Shown piece after piece: positions 9,937-20,402 of a DNA stretch of 54,942 bases. This stretch comes from Lachnospiraceae bacterium (GTDB taxonomy: Bacteria > Bacillota > Clostridia > Lachnospirales > Lachnospiraceae): the NCBI GenBank assembly GCA_022779165.1, contig JALFTO010000124.1:1-54942 (forward strand), in the 5' to 3' direction. The notes beneath the pieces were generated by a model. That model was not told where the DNA came from. It was given only the letters and a program-made list of their open reading frames with translations, and did not search any database. The position numbers and the translations under genes were made by a program. Numbering within the stretch: the first letter of the stretch is position 1; every line of letters starts with the position of its first letter.

Positions 9937-11173
9937 ACTGATCCATTCTTTTCGAGGATACGTCAGAATCAGAGTGTGGGGTTATTCGCCGGAACGTTTT
10001 CTGAATTTGTGTGGGAACAAGGGTATCCTTTTGTGGGGAATTGAAAACCACGGGGAATCATACGAAATGTATGTCAGCATCAAAGGGTTTTTCTGCCTTC
10101 GTCCCATCGTGAAAAAAACAAAGACAAGGGTAGCCGTGCTGAACAGGTACGGACTTCCTTTTTTTGTACCAAAGATAAAAAAGCGCAGTGTATTTGCAGC
10201 GGGACTTCTCGGCTGTCTGATCTTTTTACAGATTATGTCACAGTTTATCTGGACGATCGATTTTACGGGAAATATCACGCTGACGGATGATGTGCTGCTC
10301 GATTTTCTGGAGACCAGACAGATTGTATGCGGCATGGCAAAAAAGGATCTGAAACCCGAGGAATTGGAGAGGGATATCCGAAAGAATTTTGACCTGGTGA
10401 CATGGACCTCCGCGAGGATTGAGGGGACAAAACTTGTAATTCAGATCAAAGAAAACACACATCCGAATCCGGATGAGTATGAGACCGGAGATATGGGGGG
10501 AATGGATCTTACCGCCGATAAAAAGGGTAGGATCGTCAATATGATCACGAGAAGCGGTGTGCCCCGGGTAAAGATAGGGGATGATGTGGAGGAGGGACAG
10601 CTTCTGGTGAGCGGAGCGGTTCCGGTATACAATGAAGATGCAACGGTAAAGGAGTATTTGCTGTGCAGGGCGGATGCGGATATTTATCTGCAATGTGACT
10701 GCCGTTATCAGCAAAAGATCCCGATTCATTACCTGACCAAAAACTACACGGGACGTGAAAAGAAGATTCCGTATCTCAGGGTTGGGAGCAGAGAGTGGAA
10801 ACTTCCCGTCAGTGAACCGGATTATCTGAAAAAGGATTGTGTTGTTAAGGAAAAGCAGGCGGCGCTGCTTCAAAATCTGTTCCTGCCAATCGCTGTTGGG
10901 AACTGTCAGTACCGTGAATATGTGATTGAAGAAAGAAATCATTCAAAAGAGCAGGCAAAAGAATTGTGCGGAGAGTTTCTGGACGAAATATTGGAAGGTT
11001 TTCGCCAAAAAGGGGTACAAATTATCAGAAAAGATGTTACAATAAAAAAAGATTCTGTGAATTATATTTTGACGGCGGATTTTACGGTTGTGGAAAAGAC
11101 CGGAACACTTGTCGTTACGCAGACAGAGCAGCCTTTGCCTGCGAAAGAGCAGGAAATGACAGCAGAGGAGTAG
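9929..11173 (+). CDS. yqfD: Stage IV sporulation protein YqfD
   Basis: GYVRIRV.G..PERFLNLC, GLPF, TM segment, G.P.VK.GD.V..G.LLVSG; RBS GGAGG before ATG 9929; yqfC-yqfD-phoH synteny. Confidence 0.9.
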   Translation: MGRLIHSFRGYVRIRVWGYSPERFLNLCGNKGILLWGIENHGESYEMYVSIKGFFCLRPIVKKTKTRVAVLNRYGLPFFVPKIKKRSVFAAGLLGCLIFLQIMSQFIWTIDFTGNITLTDDVLLDFLETRQIVCGMAKKDLKPEELERDIRKNFDLVTWTSARIEGTKLVIQIKENTHPNPDEYETGDMGGMDLTADKKGRIVNMITRSGVPRVKIGDDVEEGQLLVSGAVPVYNEDATVKEYLLCRADADIYLQCDCRYQQKIPIHYLTKNYTGREKKIPYLRVGSREWKLPVSEPDYLKKDCVVKEKQAALLQNLFLPIAVGNCQYREYVIEERNHSKEQAKELCGEFLDEILEGFRQKGVQIIRKDVTIKKDSVNYILTADFTVVEKTGTLVVTQTEQPLPAKEQEMTAEE

Positions 11174-11184
11174 GATGACAGTAT

Positions 11185-12183
11185 ATGAGTGATTTCACAG
11201 TGAAGATGAATGTGCCTGTGGAGCATATGCAGAATGTATTCGGAAAATGTGACAGTTATGTCAAAAAGATAGAACGCGACCTTCATGTGACGATCGTCAA
11301 CAGAGATGAGGGAGTCAGGATATCCGGTGATGAGGAGAATGTGAACCGGGCGCGCAGTGTGTTAAAGAGCCTGATTACGCTTTCAGAGAGGGGAAATATA
11401 GTAGAAGAACAGAACGTGGATTATACGCTGGAGATGAGCAGGGAGCGCAAAGAGGACGCTCTGCTTGAGATGGATAAGGAACTGATCTGCCATGCGGTAA
11501 ACGGTAAACCGGTTAAGCCGAAGACGCTTGGTCAGAAGCAGTATGTGGATGCCATTCGCGATCACATGATCGTGTTCGGACTCGGACCTGCGGGAACCGG
11601 CAAGACCTATCTTGCGATGGCGATGGCAATCACAGCTTTCAAAAATGACGAGGTGGGGCGGATTATCCTGACCAGACCGGCAATCGAGGCCGGGGAGAAA
11701 CTCGGATTCCTGCCGGGTGATCTGCAGAGCAAGATCGATCCGTACTTAAGACCGCTCTATGATGCACTCTATCAGATCATGGGAGCGGAGAGTTTTGCAA
11801 AGAATATGGAAAAGGGACTGATCGAGGTCGCTCCACTTGCCTATATGCGTGGGCGAACATTGGATAATGCTTATATCATACTGGACGAGGCGCAGAACAC
11901 CACTCCGGCGCAGATGAAGATGTTCCTGACAAGGATTGGATTCGGATCAAAAGTGGTAGTCACGGGAGATGCGTCACAGAAGGATCTGGCACCCGGCACA
12001 CAGTCAGGGCTGGATGTCGCGATGCGTGTCCTGCGAAATATTGATGATATCGCGTTCTGCGAACTGACAAGCAAAGACGTGGTACGTCATCCCCTTGTGC
12101 AGAAGATCGTCAATGCCTATGAGACGTATGAGAAGAGGGAAAACTATAACAGTAAAAGAAGAAGCAAAAAAGCAGAAAGATAA
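11185..12183 (+). CDS. phoH: PhoH-family ATPase
   Basis: GPAGTGKTYLA, TRPAIEAGEKLGFLPGD, APLAYMRGRTL, ILDEAQN, DVVRHPLV. Confidence 0.96.
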   Translation: MSDFTVKMNVPVEHMQNVFGKCDSYVKKIERDLHVTIVNRDEGVRISGDEENVNRARSVLKSLITLSERGNIVEEQNVDYTLEMSRERKEDALLEMDKELICHAVNGKPVKPKTLGQKQYVDAIRDHMIVFGLGPAGTGKTYLAMAMAITAFKNDEVGRIILTRPAIEAGEKLGFLPGDLQSKIDPYLRPLYDALYQIMGAESFAKNMEKGLIEVAPLAYMRGRTLDNAYIILDEAQNTTPAQMKMFLTRIGFGSKVVVTGDASQKDLAPGTQSGLDVAMRVLRNIDDIAFCELTSKDVVRHPLVQKIVNAYETYEKRENYNSKRRSKKAER

Positions 12184-12195
12184 CGGATACAAAAC

Positions 12196-13401
12196 ATGTC
12201 AAAGAAAAGTACTGCAAGAAAAATTGTATTGAGCATTTTGATGGTGGCAGTTCCGACACTGCTTTCTGTCTGCTTTGCATGGCTGTACCAGAGACCGGCT
12301 GCTGACTTAATCCGCAATACCGTGATCCTGACCGGCAGTTCTCTGTGTGTTGTGTTTGCATGGTTTCAGGGAGAGACCACGCATACACTGCTCTATAATA
12401 ATGAATTTCATATCGGAAGGTTTGCCATGATCTATCTGAGCGGGGTACTGCTCGCAGGTTTTTTTTCCCAACTTCCGACGGCAGTGTGGCCGATGCTTCC
12501 CTTTGCGGTTGCACTCGGATTGTTTGGCAACAGCTTTCTCGGACTGTTTGCGTACAGTTCGGTTCTGATATATACCGTATTTCTTGCGCAGACATCCACA
12601 AATGTGTTTCTGATGTATTTCCTTGGAGGTGCATTTGCAATCCTGCTCTTTCAGAATCTGGATGCGCATTTTCGTGTCGGAATTCCGATCGCACTTTCGC
12701 TTTTGTTTTTTGCAGTTGCACAGATGGCCTGTCTGATCCTTTTTATCAACGAGCACCTGTCTGTGGGCATGTTTGTTTTCCCGGTGCTGAATCTTTTCTT
12801 TTCCGGGATTCTGTTGTTCTGTGTACTGAAGTATTTCAGTTATGCTATTGTCCACAAATACCGGAATCGCTATATGGAGATCAATGATCCGGAGTTCAGC
12901 CTGATGGCGGAGATGAAAGAGATTGCCAGAAAGGATTACTTCCTGGCTTTACATACGGCATATTTCAGTGAGCGGATTGCTGCGGCGATCGGCGCTGACT
13001 GCGCATTGGCAAAGGCGGGTGCCTATTATCACCGCATCGGGAAAATATTCAAAGAGAAGTATGATCCGCAGATGAGCGAGACAGATGTTGTTCAGCAGAT
13101 CTGTGAGGAGAATGAGTTCCCGCCGGATATCAGAGAGGTGCTGAGGGAATGTATGGAGCATGATTACCGCTCCAAGGAGAGCACGATCGTGATGTTTGCG
13201 GATGCGGTTGTTTCCATGGTTCTGTACATATTTTCCAGGGAACCGGACAAGCAGCCGGATTACAGTCAGATCGTCGAGGTTATTTTTAAGAAAAAGCAGG
13301 AGAATGGAAGCCTTTTGAACAGCAGTATCACAATTCATGAACTGAATGTGATGCAGGAGATTTTCGTGAAGGAGAAGCTTTATTATGACTTTTTACGTTG
13401 A
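12196..13401 (+). CDS. Polytopic membrane protein with degenerate HD domain (PgpH/YqfF-like)
   Basis: About 7-8 TM helices, then AGAYYHRIGK (canonical YYHDIGK) and IVMFADAV; occupies the phoH-pgpH-ybeY position. Confidence 0.75.
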   Translation: MSKKSTARKIVLSILMVAVPTLLSVCFAWLYQRPAADLIRNTVILTGSSLCVVFAWFQGETTHTLLYNNEFHIGRFAMIYLSGVLLAGFFSQLPTAVWPMLPFAVALGLFGNSFLGLFAYSSVLIYTVFLAQTSTNVFLMYFLGGAFAILLFQNLDAHFRVGIPIALSLLFFAVAQMACLILFINEHLSVGMFVFPVLNLFFSGILLFCVLKYFSYAIVHKYRNRYMEINDPEFSLMAEMKEIARKDYFLALHTAYFSERIAAAIGADCALAKAGAYYHRIGKIFKEKYDPQMSETDVVQQICEENEFPPDIREVLRECMEHDYRSKESTIVMFADAVVSMVLYIFSREPDKQPDYSQIVEVIFKKKQENGSLLNSSITIHELNVMQEIFVKEKLYYDFLR

Positions 13402-13888
13402 GAATGAGACAGAGGTTCATTTCCCGTTCGATCCGGAAGAAATTGTGGAAAAGGTCGCAAATGATATCTTAGAGGAGGAACAGTGCCCTTATGAGGTTCA
13501 GGTCAATGTGCTGCTCACGGATGAGGAAGGAATCCGCCGGTACAATAAAACATATCGTGATCTTGATAAGCCAACGGATGTACTTTCTTTTCCCAATCTT
13601 GATTTTAACCGTCCGGCGGACTTTGACAGAGTGTCAGAGCACGAGGCGGATTACTTTGACCCGGAGAGCGGAGAACTGTTGCTCGGTGACATTATGATCT
13701 CCGTGGATCATGTCAAGAGACAGGCGGAGGAGTATGGACATTCGCAGCTTAGGGAATTTGCGTTTCTTGCAGCGCACAGTATGCTTCATCTGTGCGGATA
13801 TGATCATATGGAACCGGAGGAAGCAGCGGTAATGGAGCAAAAGCAAAGCGATTCGCTGGAACGCCTCGGGATTACACGTGACCTGTAA
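13385..13888 (+). CDS. ybeY: rRNA maturation RNase YbeY
   Basis: YR..DKPTDVLSFP, LGDI.IS, HSMLHLCGYDH metal-binding motif. Confidence 0.96.
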   Translation: MTFYVENETEVHFPFDPEEIVEKVANDILEEEQCPYEVQVNVLLTDEEGIRRYNKTYRDLDKPTDVLSFPNLDFNRPADFDRVSEHEADYFDPESGELLLGDIMISVDHVKRQAEEYGHSQLREFAFLAAHSMLHLCGYDHMEPEEAAVMEQKQSDSLERLGITRDL

Positions 13889-13935
13889 CAGCAGAATATG
13901 TAACACGGGAAACTTTAACATATAAGGATGAAAAG

Positions 13936-15582
13936 GTGCAAAAGAAAAACAGTAAGAAGAAAAATTTAATTGCCCAGGGTGGTATCACTGCGATTGCAGC
14001 GTTGATTACAGGGCTTTGCATGGTCTTGAAACAGATTCCGCTGACTAATATGGTAAAAGATCGCGGAAACAGCGTGTATGCGTCATGTTATGGACTTTTC
14101 TTTGTCTTGTGGCTATTGTCCGCGTATGGAATACCTTATGCCGCGGCATCTATGATGCAGGTTCGTATCCGGCATGGCCAGTACCGCAATGCAGGCAAGA
14201 TTGTCAAAGTATCGCTTTGTTATGCAATGATTACCGGTTTGCTTGGCACGGCATGCATGGTTGTGGCAGGGCAGTATATCGCAGCACAGTTTTTGCTGGA
14301 GCCTCTTGCCGGCTTCGCAATGTTGTTTGCGGCTCCTGCATTGCTGCTTTGTTCATTCAGTGGAGTGCTGCGCGGCTATTTTCAGGGAAACGGTTCGAAT
14401 GTTCCGACTGCGTATTCCATGATCATTGAAACTGTCGTTATGCTGGTGGCGGGATTCGTGGGCGCAAAACTGATGTCGGATTACGGCGGTAAGGCAGGTG
14501 CGCTTTTACAGAACGATCAGTATAAAGGAGCATTCGGAGTTGCCGGATTTATGATCGGTATTTCGGCGGGAGCATTGTTCTCCCTCCTGTTTCTGCTGTT
14601 TTTGTATCTTGTGTCACGTTCCTATTTCAAAAATCAGGCGAAGCAGGATGTCGGAAGAAGGACAGAGAGTATAACGGGATGTGTTTCGGGATTTCTGCTG
14701 CTGATTCTGCCGGTCGTTTTGCATGGTCTGTTTTTCAGAGGATATCTGTTTGTGGATCAGATCATATTCTGCAAATCTATGGATGGAAGTCTGTCTGTCA
14801 CAGACATCAGCAGTCAGTGGGGAATTTACTATGGAAAATACAAGATCTTGACATTAATTCCGTTCGTCCTTGCGGTCAGCATGAGCTGCAGTCTGGCCGC
14901 AAAAGTGCGCACATTGCAGAAAAGGGAGATTTATCAGCATTTGAGGGATCATGTATCATTGGTGCTTCACGGAGTGATGGTCGTGGTCATTCCTTTTTCC
15001 GTTATGATCGGTGCGCTTGCTGTGCCGATCCTGCGGACATTCTATCACGGACAGGATCCGGAGTTCGCGGCGGAACTTCTGCTGCCCGGCTGTATCACAT
15101 CAATTCTTTTTTCGGCAGCATTTTTGATGGCGGAAGTATTGAGAGGACTCAAGAAAACAAAGATTATGCTGATCTGTGGGGCTGTTTCACTTGCAATCCA
15201 CTTTGCAAGCCTTTATCTGATGCTGGAGGTATTGCACCTTGATGTGTCAGGTGCCTTGTATGCCGATATCATATATGCGTTTGCACTTTGTGTTTTTATG
15301 GGCGCAGCTGTGCAGAAAAGCTGCCATATGAGATACAGTCTTTTGGTCAGACAGATACCGTGCATGATTGCAGGTGGTGTGACGGGAGTTATCTTATTTT
15401 TACTCACAAAGGTGTTTGGAAATGCATTACAGGGCGTGCTTCTTTTGCCGGTTCTGGCAGTGGGATTTCTGATCTACTGGATTATTTTACTGTTGTGCAA
15501 AGGAGCTACCGCAGAAGAACTGCAGTGTTTGCCGGGAGGAAGACTGATCGAGCGTGTTGCGACATTGTGCCGTCTCATGTAA
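13936..15582 (+). CDS. MOP-superfamily flippase (SpoVB/MurJ-like polysaccharide biosynthesis protein)
   Basis: About 14 TM helices; LRGYFQG...PTA.S motif; C-terminal EL..LPGG typical of SpoVB-like proteins. Confidence 0.8.
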   Translation: MQKKNSKKKNLIAQGGITAIAALITGLCMVLKQIPLTNMVKDRGNSVYASCYGLFFVLWLLSAYGIPYAAASMMQVRIRHGQYRNAGKIVKVSLCYAMITGLLGTACMVVAGQYIAAQFLLEPLAGFAMLFAAPALLLCSFSGVLRGYFQGNGSNVPTAYSMIIETVVMLVAGFVGAKLMSDYGGKAGALLQNDQYKGAFGVAGFMIGISAGALFSLLFLLFLYLVSRSYFKNQAKQDVGRRTESITGCVSGFLLLILPVVLHGLFFRGYLFVDQIIFCKSMDGSLSVTDISSQWGIYYGKYKILTLIPFVLAVSMSCSLAAKVRTLQKREIYQHLRDHVSLVLHGVMVVVIPFSVMIGALAVPILRTFYHGQDPEFAAELLLPGCITSILFSAAFLMAEVLRGLKKTKIMLICGAVSLAIHFASLYLMLEVLHLDVSGALYADIIYAFALCVFMGAAVQKSCHMRYSLLVRQIPCMIAGGVTGVILFLLTKVFGNALQGVLLLPVLAVGFLIYWIILLLCKGATAEELQCLPGGRLIERVATLCRLM

Positions 15583-15583
15583 T

Positions 15584-15613
15584 GTATAAAACAGACAAAA
15601 TAAGCTGATACTG
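15584..15613 (+). promoter_or_regulatory. Putative forespore sigma-F/G promoter for the BofC-like gene
   Basis: GTATA (15584-15588)-N15-GCTGATACTG resembles the sigma-F consensus GYATA-N15-GGNRANANTR. Confidence 0.4.
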
Positions 15614-15651
15614 TTCATAACTGACAAAATGCAGACAGGAGCAACAGCAGC

Positions 15652-16341
15652 GTGAAAGCGGTAGGAAAGATCAGCTTATTTTTTATTTGCGGTATGATAT
15701 TGTTTGGATCAGGCGTGTATGCCGGCTCCCTTTGTGAAAAATGGTTTTATCCGAACAGAAATATTTCGCAGAAGGAAGTTCCCGAGAGAAGGACGGAATC
15801 CAAGAAGTCTGAGTACGTTCCTGAAATGAAGCCGTATGAGGCGCAGGAGAGTGAAGAGGCCGAGCATATCCAGGTGAATCAGAAGGACAGTGAGATCATC
15901 ACCTGCGATACGGTTCTCGAGATTGAGGAATATGACAAAAATCTGGACAGCACTGTGATACATGAGGAGGCTGTGCAGGGAAAATATATCGGTATGGACA
16001 GGACAGAATTCGTGGAGTCCATGGATCTGTATGCGATGTCTCCTCCGCTTGAGGAGCAGAAGAGAGGACTCATATCGGTTGAGGTGCTTTCCTTTTCCAG
16101 AGACAGGATCCATCTTCGGAAGGATTATCAGGTGGTGGAGGCGCCGGCTGAACCACTGTTTTATCTGACGGCGGAGAATCATTATGTTGTCGTCTATGAA
16201 GAGGATATGCAGAATGTCTATTTATATACAGACATTTTGCTCGAGGATCTTCCGGCTTCCGTGCAGGAGGAGATCATACAGAAGAAATTGATTTCGGGTG
16301 AGGGTGAGTTGTATCATTTCCTGGAATCTTATTCAAGCTGA
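15652..16341 (+). CDS. BofC C-terminal domain-containing exported protein
   Basis: N-terminal TM/signal; C-terminal FYL......VVVY.......Y..TDI....LP..VQEEI......I..E.ELY.FLESYSS typical of BofC_C. Confidence 0.7.
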   Translation: MKAVGKISLFFICGMILFGSGVYAGSLCEKWFYPNRNISQKEVPERRTESKKSEYVPEMKPYEAQESEEAEHIQVNQKDSEIITCDTVLEIEEYDKNLDSTVIHEEAVQGKYIGMDRTEFVESMDLYAMSPPLEEQKRGLISVEVLSFSRDRIHLRKDYQVVEAPAEPLFYLTAENHYVVVYEEDMQNVYLYTDILLEDLPASVQEEIIQKKLISGEGELYHFLESYSS

Positions 16342-16356
16342 TATTAAGGTGGAACT

Positions 16357-17586
16357 ATGAAGATAGGAATTGTGGGCGGAGGAGCTTCCGGTATGACTGC
16401 GGCGATTGCAGCCGCCAGGCAGGGCGCACAGGTGACGATCCTGGAACGAAATGACAGGATCGGCAAAAAGATCCTTGCAACGGGAAACGGAAAATGTAAT
16501 CTCTCCAACCTTGATTTTCAAACAGAATATTACCGGTCAGAGGATCCGGAGTGTGTCAGGACGATTTTCAAAAAAGATGCGGTCAGACAGACCCGGCTCT
16601 TTTTTGAGCAGATCGGATTGATGATCAAGTCCAAAAACGGATATCTGTATCCGGAATGTGAGCAGGCGTCTGCGGTTCTGGATGTGCTCAGACATGAACT
16701 TACTCATCTCGGCGTCAAAGTTGTATGTGATGAGGATGTTGTCGCACTGGATAAAAGGAATAGCGGTTTTTTGTTACAGACAAAGTCAGGCAGCCGGTAT
16801 CCGTTTGATCGTGTGATCCTTTCCTGTGGAACTTCCGCCGGATTAAAAAAAGGGACAAAAACAAGTCTTCCCCAGTTGGTGGCAGTAAAATACGGTCTGG
16901 ATTACGTGAAACAGGTGCCGGCACTCGTTCAGCTGCGCTGCGAAGAAAGCTTCTGCAAGGCACTTTCCGGCGTGCGCTGTCAGGCTGCGATTACATTGCA
17001 TGTAGGGACTGATACGTATTCGGAAGAGGGAGAACTGCAGTTGACCGATTACGGGATTTCCGGGATACCGGTATTTCAGTTGAGCCGTTTTGCAGCTTAT
17101 GGTCTGTTGCGGGAGCAGAAACTTCCCGTGGAGATTGACTTTCTGCCATCCTTTAAGGAAAAAGAATGGAAAGAACTTCTGGAGGAGCGCAGACGGACGC
17201 TGTATTATAAATCCATGGAGGATTTCCTGATCGGAACGGTACATAAGAAGGTCGCTTTAGCCCTGCTGAAGCAGTGTGGGATCAGTCCGTCGGAGACAGC
17301 AGGGCGCGTTGCAGATTTCGAATTTGCAAAGCTGTCAAGGATGATGAAACATTTCCCGATGACAGTGGTTGGAACCAATCCCGTCGAGGATGCCCAGGTG
17401 CTTGCGGGAGGAATCAAACTGACGGAAGTGTCAGAAAATATGGAGCTGCTCAAATGTAAGGGTGTATATCTGACCGGGGAATTACTGGATGCGGACGGCA
17501 GATGCGGCGGCTACAATCTGCAATGGGCATGGAGTACCGGGATGACGGCAGGAATGGCTGCCGGGAATAGGAGAGTATTATTTTGA
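16357..17586 (+). CDS. HI0933/YhiN-family flavoprotein oxidoreductase
   Basis: GGGASGM.AAI.AA, GKKILATGNGKCN.SN, GE.LD.DG.CGGYNLQWAWSTG. Confidence 0.92.
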   Translation: MKIGIVGGGASGMTAAIAAARQGAQVTILERNDRIGKKILATGNGKCNLSNLDFQTEYYRSEDPECVRTIFKKDAVRQTRLFFEQIGLMIKSKNGYLYPECEQASAVLDVLRHELTHLGVKVVCDEDVVALDKRNSGFLLQTKSGSRYPFDRVILSCGTSAGLKKGTKTSLPQLVAVKYGLDYVKQVPALVQLRCEESFCKALSGVRCQAAITLHVGTDTYSEEGELQLTDYGISGIPVFQLSRFAAYGLLREQKLPVEIDFLPSFKEKEWKELLEERRRTLYYKSMEDFLIGTVHKKVALALLKQCGISPSETAGRVADFEFAKLSRMMKHFPMTVVGTNPVEDAQVLAGGIKLTEVSENMELLKCKGVYLTGELLDADGRCGGYNLQWAWSTGMTAGMAAGNRRVLF

Positions 17587-19196
17587 TTCGGATCAATCAA
17601 GTGACATTACCGGTCGATCATACAGAGAAGGAACTGAAACAGAAACTGCGTAAATTGCTGCGTCTTAACAAAAACGAGCATTTTACTTATACGATCAATA
17701 AGCGTTCCATCGATGCGCGTAAAAAACCGGATCTGTTTTATCATTATACGGTGGACTGTGTGGTGCCGGATGAAAAACAGACTGTGAGAAAAATGGATAA
17801 AAGCAAGTGTAAAGCAGCGGAGGATGTGCCCTACCGTTTCCCACAGTCGGGAACCAGGCCTTCAAAACACAGACCGGTGATCATTGGTACGGGTCCGGCA
17901 GGTCTGTTCTGCGGACTCATGCTGGCAAGGCACGGTTATCGGCCGATCCTGCTGGAACGGGGCATGGATGTGGACGCAAGGCGGCAGGATGTGGATCGGT
18001 TCTGGCAGACAGGCGTCCTGAACCCCAATTCTAACGTACAGTTCGGAGAGGGCGGGGCAGGCACGTTCTCGGATGGGAAGTTAAATACGCTTGTGAAGGA
18101 TAAGGACGGGAGAAACCGGCAGGTGCTTCGGATGTTTGTGGAAGCGGGCGCCGATCCGTCCATTCTTTATGATAATAAACCGCATATCGGTACGGATGTG
18201 CTGATTTCTATCGTAAAGCATATGAGAGAAGAGATCCGGATGCTTGGCGGCGAGGTAAGATTTTGCGCTGAAGTGACGGGAATCCTTCAGGACGGCGGAT
18301 GTGTCAGTGGCGTGCTGGTTAATGAGAAGGAAAAACTTCCGTGCAACATCGTGGTGCTTGCGATCGGACACAGTGCGAGAAATACTTTTCAGATGCTCTA
18401 CGACAGCAAAATTCCGATGGAACAGAAAGAATTTGCGGCAGGGTTCCGGGTGGAACATAAACAGGCTGTTATCAATCAGGCACAGTATGGCAGGGAAGAT
18501 CCATCTCCTCTTGGGGCTGCTCCCTATAAAGTCACCGCACAGACAGAGAACGGGCGGGGTGTGTATTCGTTCTGCATGTGTCCGGGTGGCTATGTGGTGA
18601 ACGCTTCCTCCGAGAAGGGCAGACTTGCGGTGAATGGTATGAGCTACAGCGGCCGCAGCGGTGAGAATGCAAACAGTGCGATCATTGTGTCCGTGAGAAA
18701 GTCCGATTTCGGATCAGACCATCCGCTTGCAGGTATCGCGTTCCAAAGAGAGCTTGAGAAACGCGCATTCGATGCAGGAAATGGGAAAATACCGGTTCAG
18801 CGGCTTGGGGACTTGCGTGATTCCTTCCATAGCGGTAAGATGTCAGAGAGTGATCATGAGACGACACTGCAGCCGTCGATGAAGGGACAGTATTATTTTA
18901 CAGATCTTACGGGAATCTTGCCCGGGGAGATGACAGAAAGCTTCCTTGAGGCAATGGCACAGTTTGGACATGTCATAAAAGGGTTTGATGCGGACGATGT
19001 ACTCGTGTCAGCGGTGGAGAGCAGAACTTCCTCACCGGTGAGGATTCCGCGTGATGAGACGATGCAGAGTGCACTGCGTGGACTTTATCCCTGTGGCGAG
19101 GGAGCCGGATATGCTGGCGGCATCACTTCGGCGGCAATGGATGGGATCCGTGTCGCGGAAGCCATAGCGTCCGAGTTTGCAAAGCCGGAAGAGTGA
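17583..19196 (+). CDS. FAD-dependent oxidoreductase/dehydrogenase (COG2509-like)
   Basis: G.GPAGLF, NVQFGEGGAGTFSDGKL, SFCMCPGG, YPCGEGAGYAGGITSAAMDG. Confidence 0.9.
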   Translation: MIRINQVTLPVDHTEKELKQKLRKLLRLNKNEHFTYTINKRSIDARKKPDLFYHYTVDCVVPDEKQTVRKMDKSKCKAAEDVPYRFPQSGTRPSKHRPVIIGTGPAGLFCGLMLARHGYRPILLERGMDVDARRQDVDRFWQTGVLNPNSNVQFGEGGAGTFSDGKLNTLVKDKDGRNRQVLRMFVEAGADPSILYDNKPHIGTDVLISIVKHMREEIRMLGGEVRFCAEVTGILQDGGCVSGVLVNEKEKLPCNIVVLAIGHSARNTFQMLYDSKIPMEQKEFAAGFRVEHKQAVINQAQYGREDPSPLGAAPYKVTAQTENGRGVYSFCMCPGGYVVNASSEKGRLAVNGMSYSGRSGENANSAIIVSVRKSDFGSDHPLAGIAFQRELEKRAFDAGNGKIPVQRLGDLRDSFHSGKMSESDHETTLQPSMKGQYYFTDLTGILPGEMTESFLEAMAQFGHVIKGFDADDVLVSAVESRTSSPVRIPRDETMQSALRGLYPCGEGAGYAGGITSAAMDGIRVAEAIASEFAKPEE

Positions 19197-19294
19197 TAGT
19201 GATCAAAATTGCCGTGAAGTGCATGTCTGACAGATAAAGACAAAACCTGCAGTTCGTTTGCACCAGGCAGGTATGATGAGGAGAGAGTGAAAAA

Positions 19295-20164
19295 ATGAAT
19301 GAAGAGATTCGGAAGCGGATTAAGGATAAAAAGAGGATCGTGATCAAGATCGGATCCTCCTCGCTGCAGCACCCCGAGACGGGAGATCTGGACTATATCC
19401 GCATGGAAGTGCTGATCCGGGAGCTGTGTGATCTGCGCAATCAGGGAAAGGATGTGGTGCTGGTGAGCTCCGGCGCGATCGCAGCCGGGAAGAAAGCAGT
19501 ACATATCAAGGATATCAACAAGGAGCACGGTGAGAATCACATTGCGGTGAAGCAGGCGTGCGCCGCCATCGGCCAGGCGAGACTGATGATGACGTATCAG
19601 AAAATATTTGCGGAGTACAATCAGGTGACGGCACAGATCCTGATGACCAAAAATACGATCGTGGACAATCTGAACCGCTACAATGCCCATAATACCTTTT
19701 CAGAGTTATTAAAAATGGGTGTGATCCCCATCGTAAACGAGAATGATACGGTGGCAACGTATGAGATTGAGATCGGAGACAACGATACATTGTCTGCGGT
19801 CGTGGCTGCGCTGATCGGTGCGGATCTGCTGATCCTGCTGTCAGATATCGACGGGCTGTATACGGACGACCCACGGAAAAATAAGAATGCGAAGTTTATC
19901 GATCTGGTCGACCATCTGGATGATGAACTGATGAGCATGGGAAAGGCAAGCACGGGAAGCAGTGTCGGCACGGGAGGTATGAATACCAAACTCATCGCGG
20001 CCAAAATAGCCACCAGTGCGGGTGCCGATATGGTGATCGCGAACAGTGAGGATATCCGGATCATCCACAGGATCATGGATGGGCGTAATCTCGGCACAAT
20101 GTTTGTGGCGCACAAGGACGATAATTTTGATCTGCCGGAATTTGTGGCGGACTATCATAAATGA
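19295..20164 (+). CDS. proB: Glutamate 5-kinase (short form, no PUA domain)
   Basis: IVIKIGSSSL, VSSGAIAAG, AAIGQ, PIVNENDTV, GDNDTLSA, GTGGM.TK. Confidence 0.96.
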   Translation: MNEEIRKRIKDKKRIVIKIGSSSLQHPETGDLDYIRMEVLIRELCDLRNQGKDVVLVSSGAIAAGKKAVHIKDINKEHGENHIAVKQACAAIGQARLMMTYQKIFAEYNQVTAQILMTKNTIVDNLNRYNAHNTFSELLKMGVIPIVNENDTVATYEIEIGDNDTLSAVVAALIGADLLILLSDIDGLYTDDPRKNKNAKFIDLVDHLDDELMSMGKASTGSSVGTGGMNTKLIAAKIATSAGADMVIANSEDIRIIHRIMDGRNLGTMFVAHKDDNFDLPEFVADYHK

Positions 20165-20177
20165 CAGGAGAGATCGC

Positions 20178-20402
20178 ATGGGAATTGATGAGAAGATCAA
20201 GCGCATCAACGAGTTGTACCATAAGTCTCAGGCGGAGGGACTTACGGATGCTGAAAAGAAAGAACAGCAGCTCTTAAGGCAGGAATATGTGGCAAATGTT
20301 CGGGCAAACCTGCGCGGACAGCTCAATAATATTAACATTCAGGAAAAGGACGGCAGCATCACAAACCTTGGTGAGAAGTATGGAAAAAAGGGAACAAGTT
20401 AA
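20178..20402 (+). CDS. DUF896/UPF0291 (YnzC-like) small protein
   Basis: I.RINELY.K....GLT..EK.EQ..LRQEY....R.NL..QL; RBS AGGAG before ATG 20178. Confidence 0.88.
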   Translation: MGIDEKIKRINELYHKSQAEGLTDAEKKEQQLLRQEYVANVRANLRGQLNNINIQEKDGSITNLGEKYGKKGTS

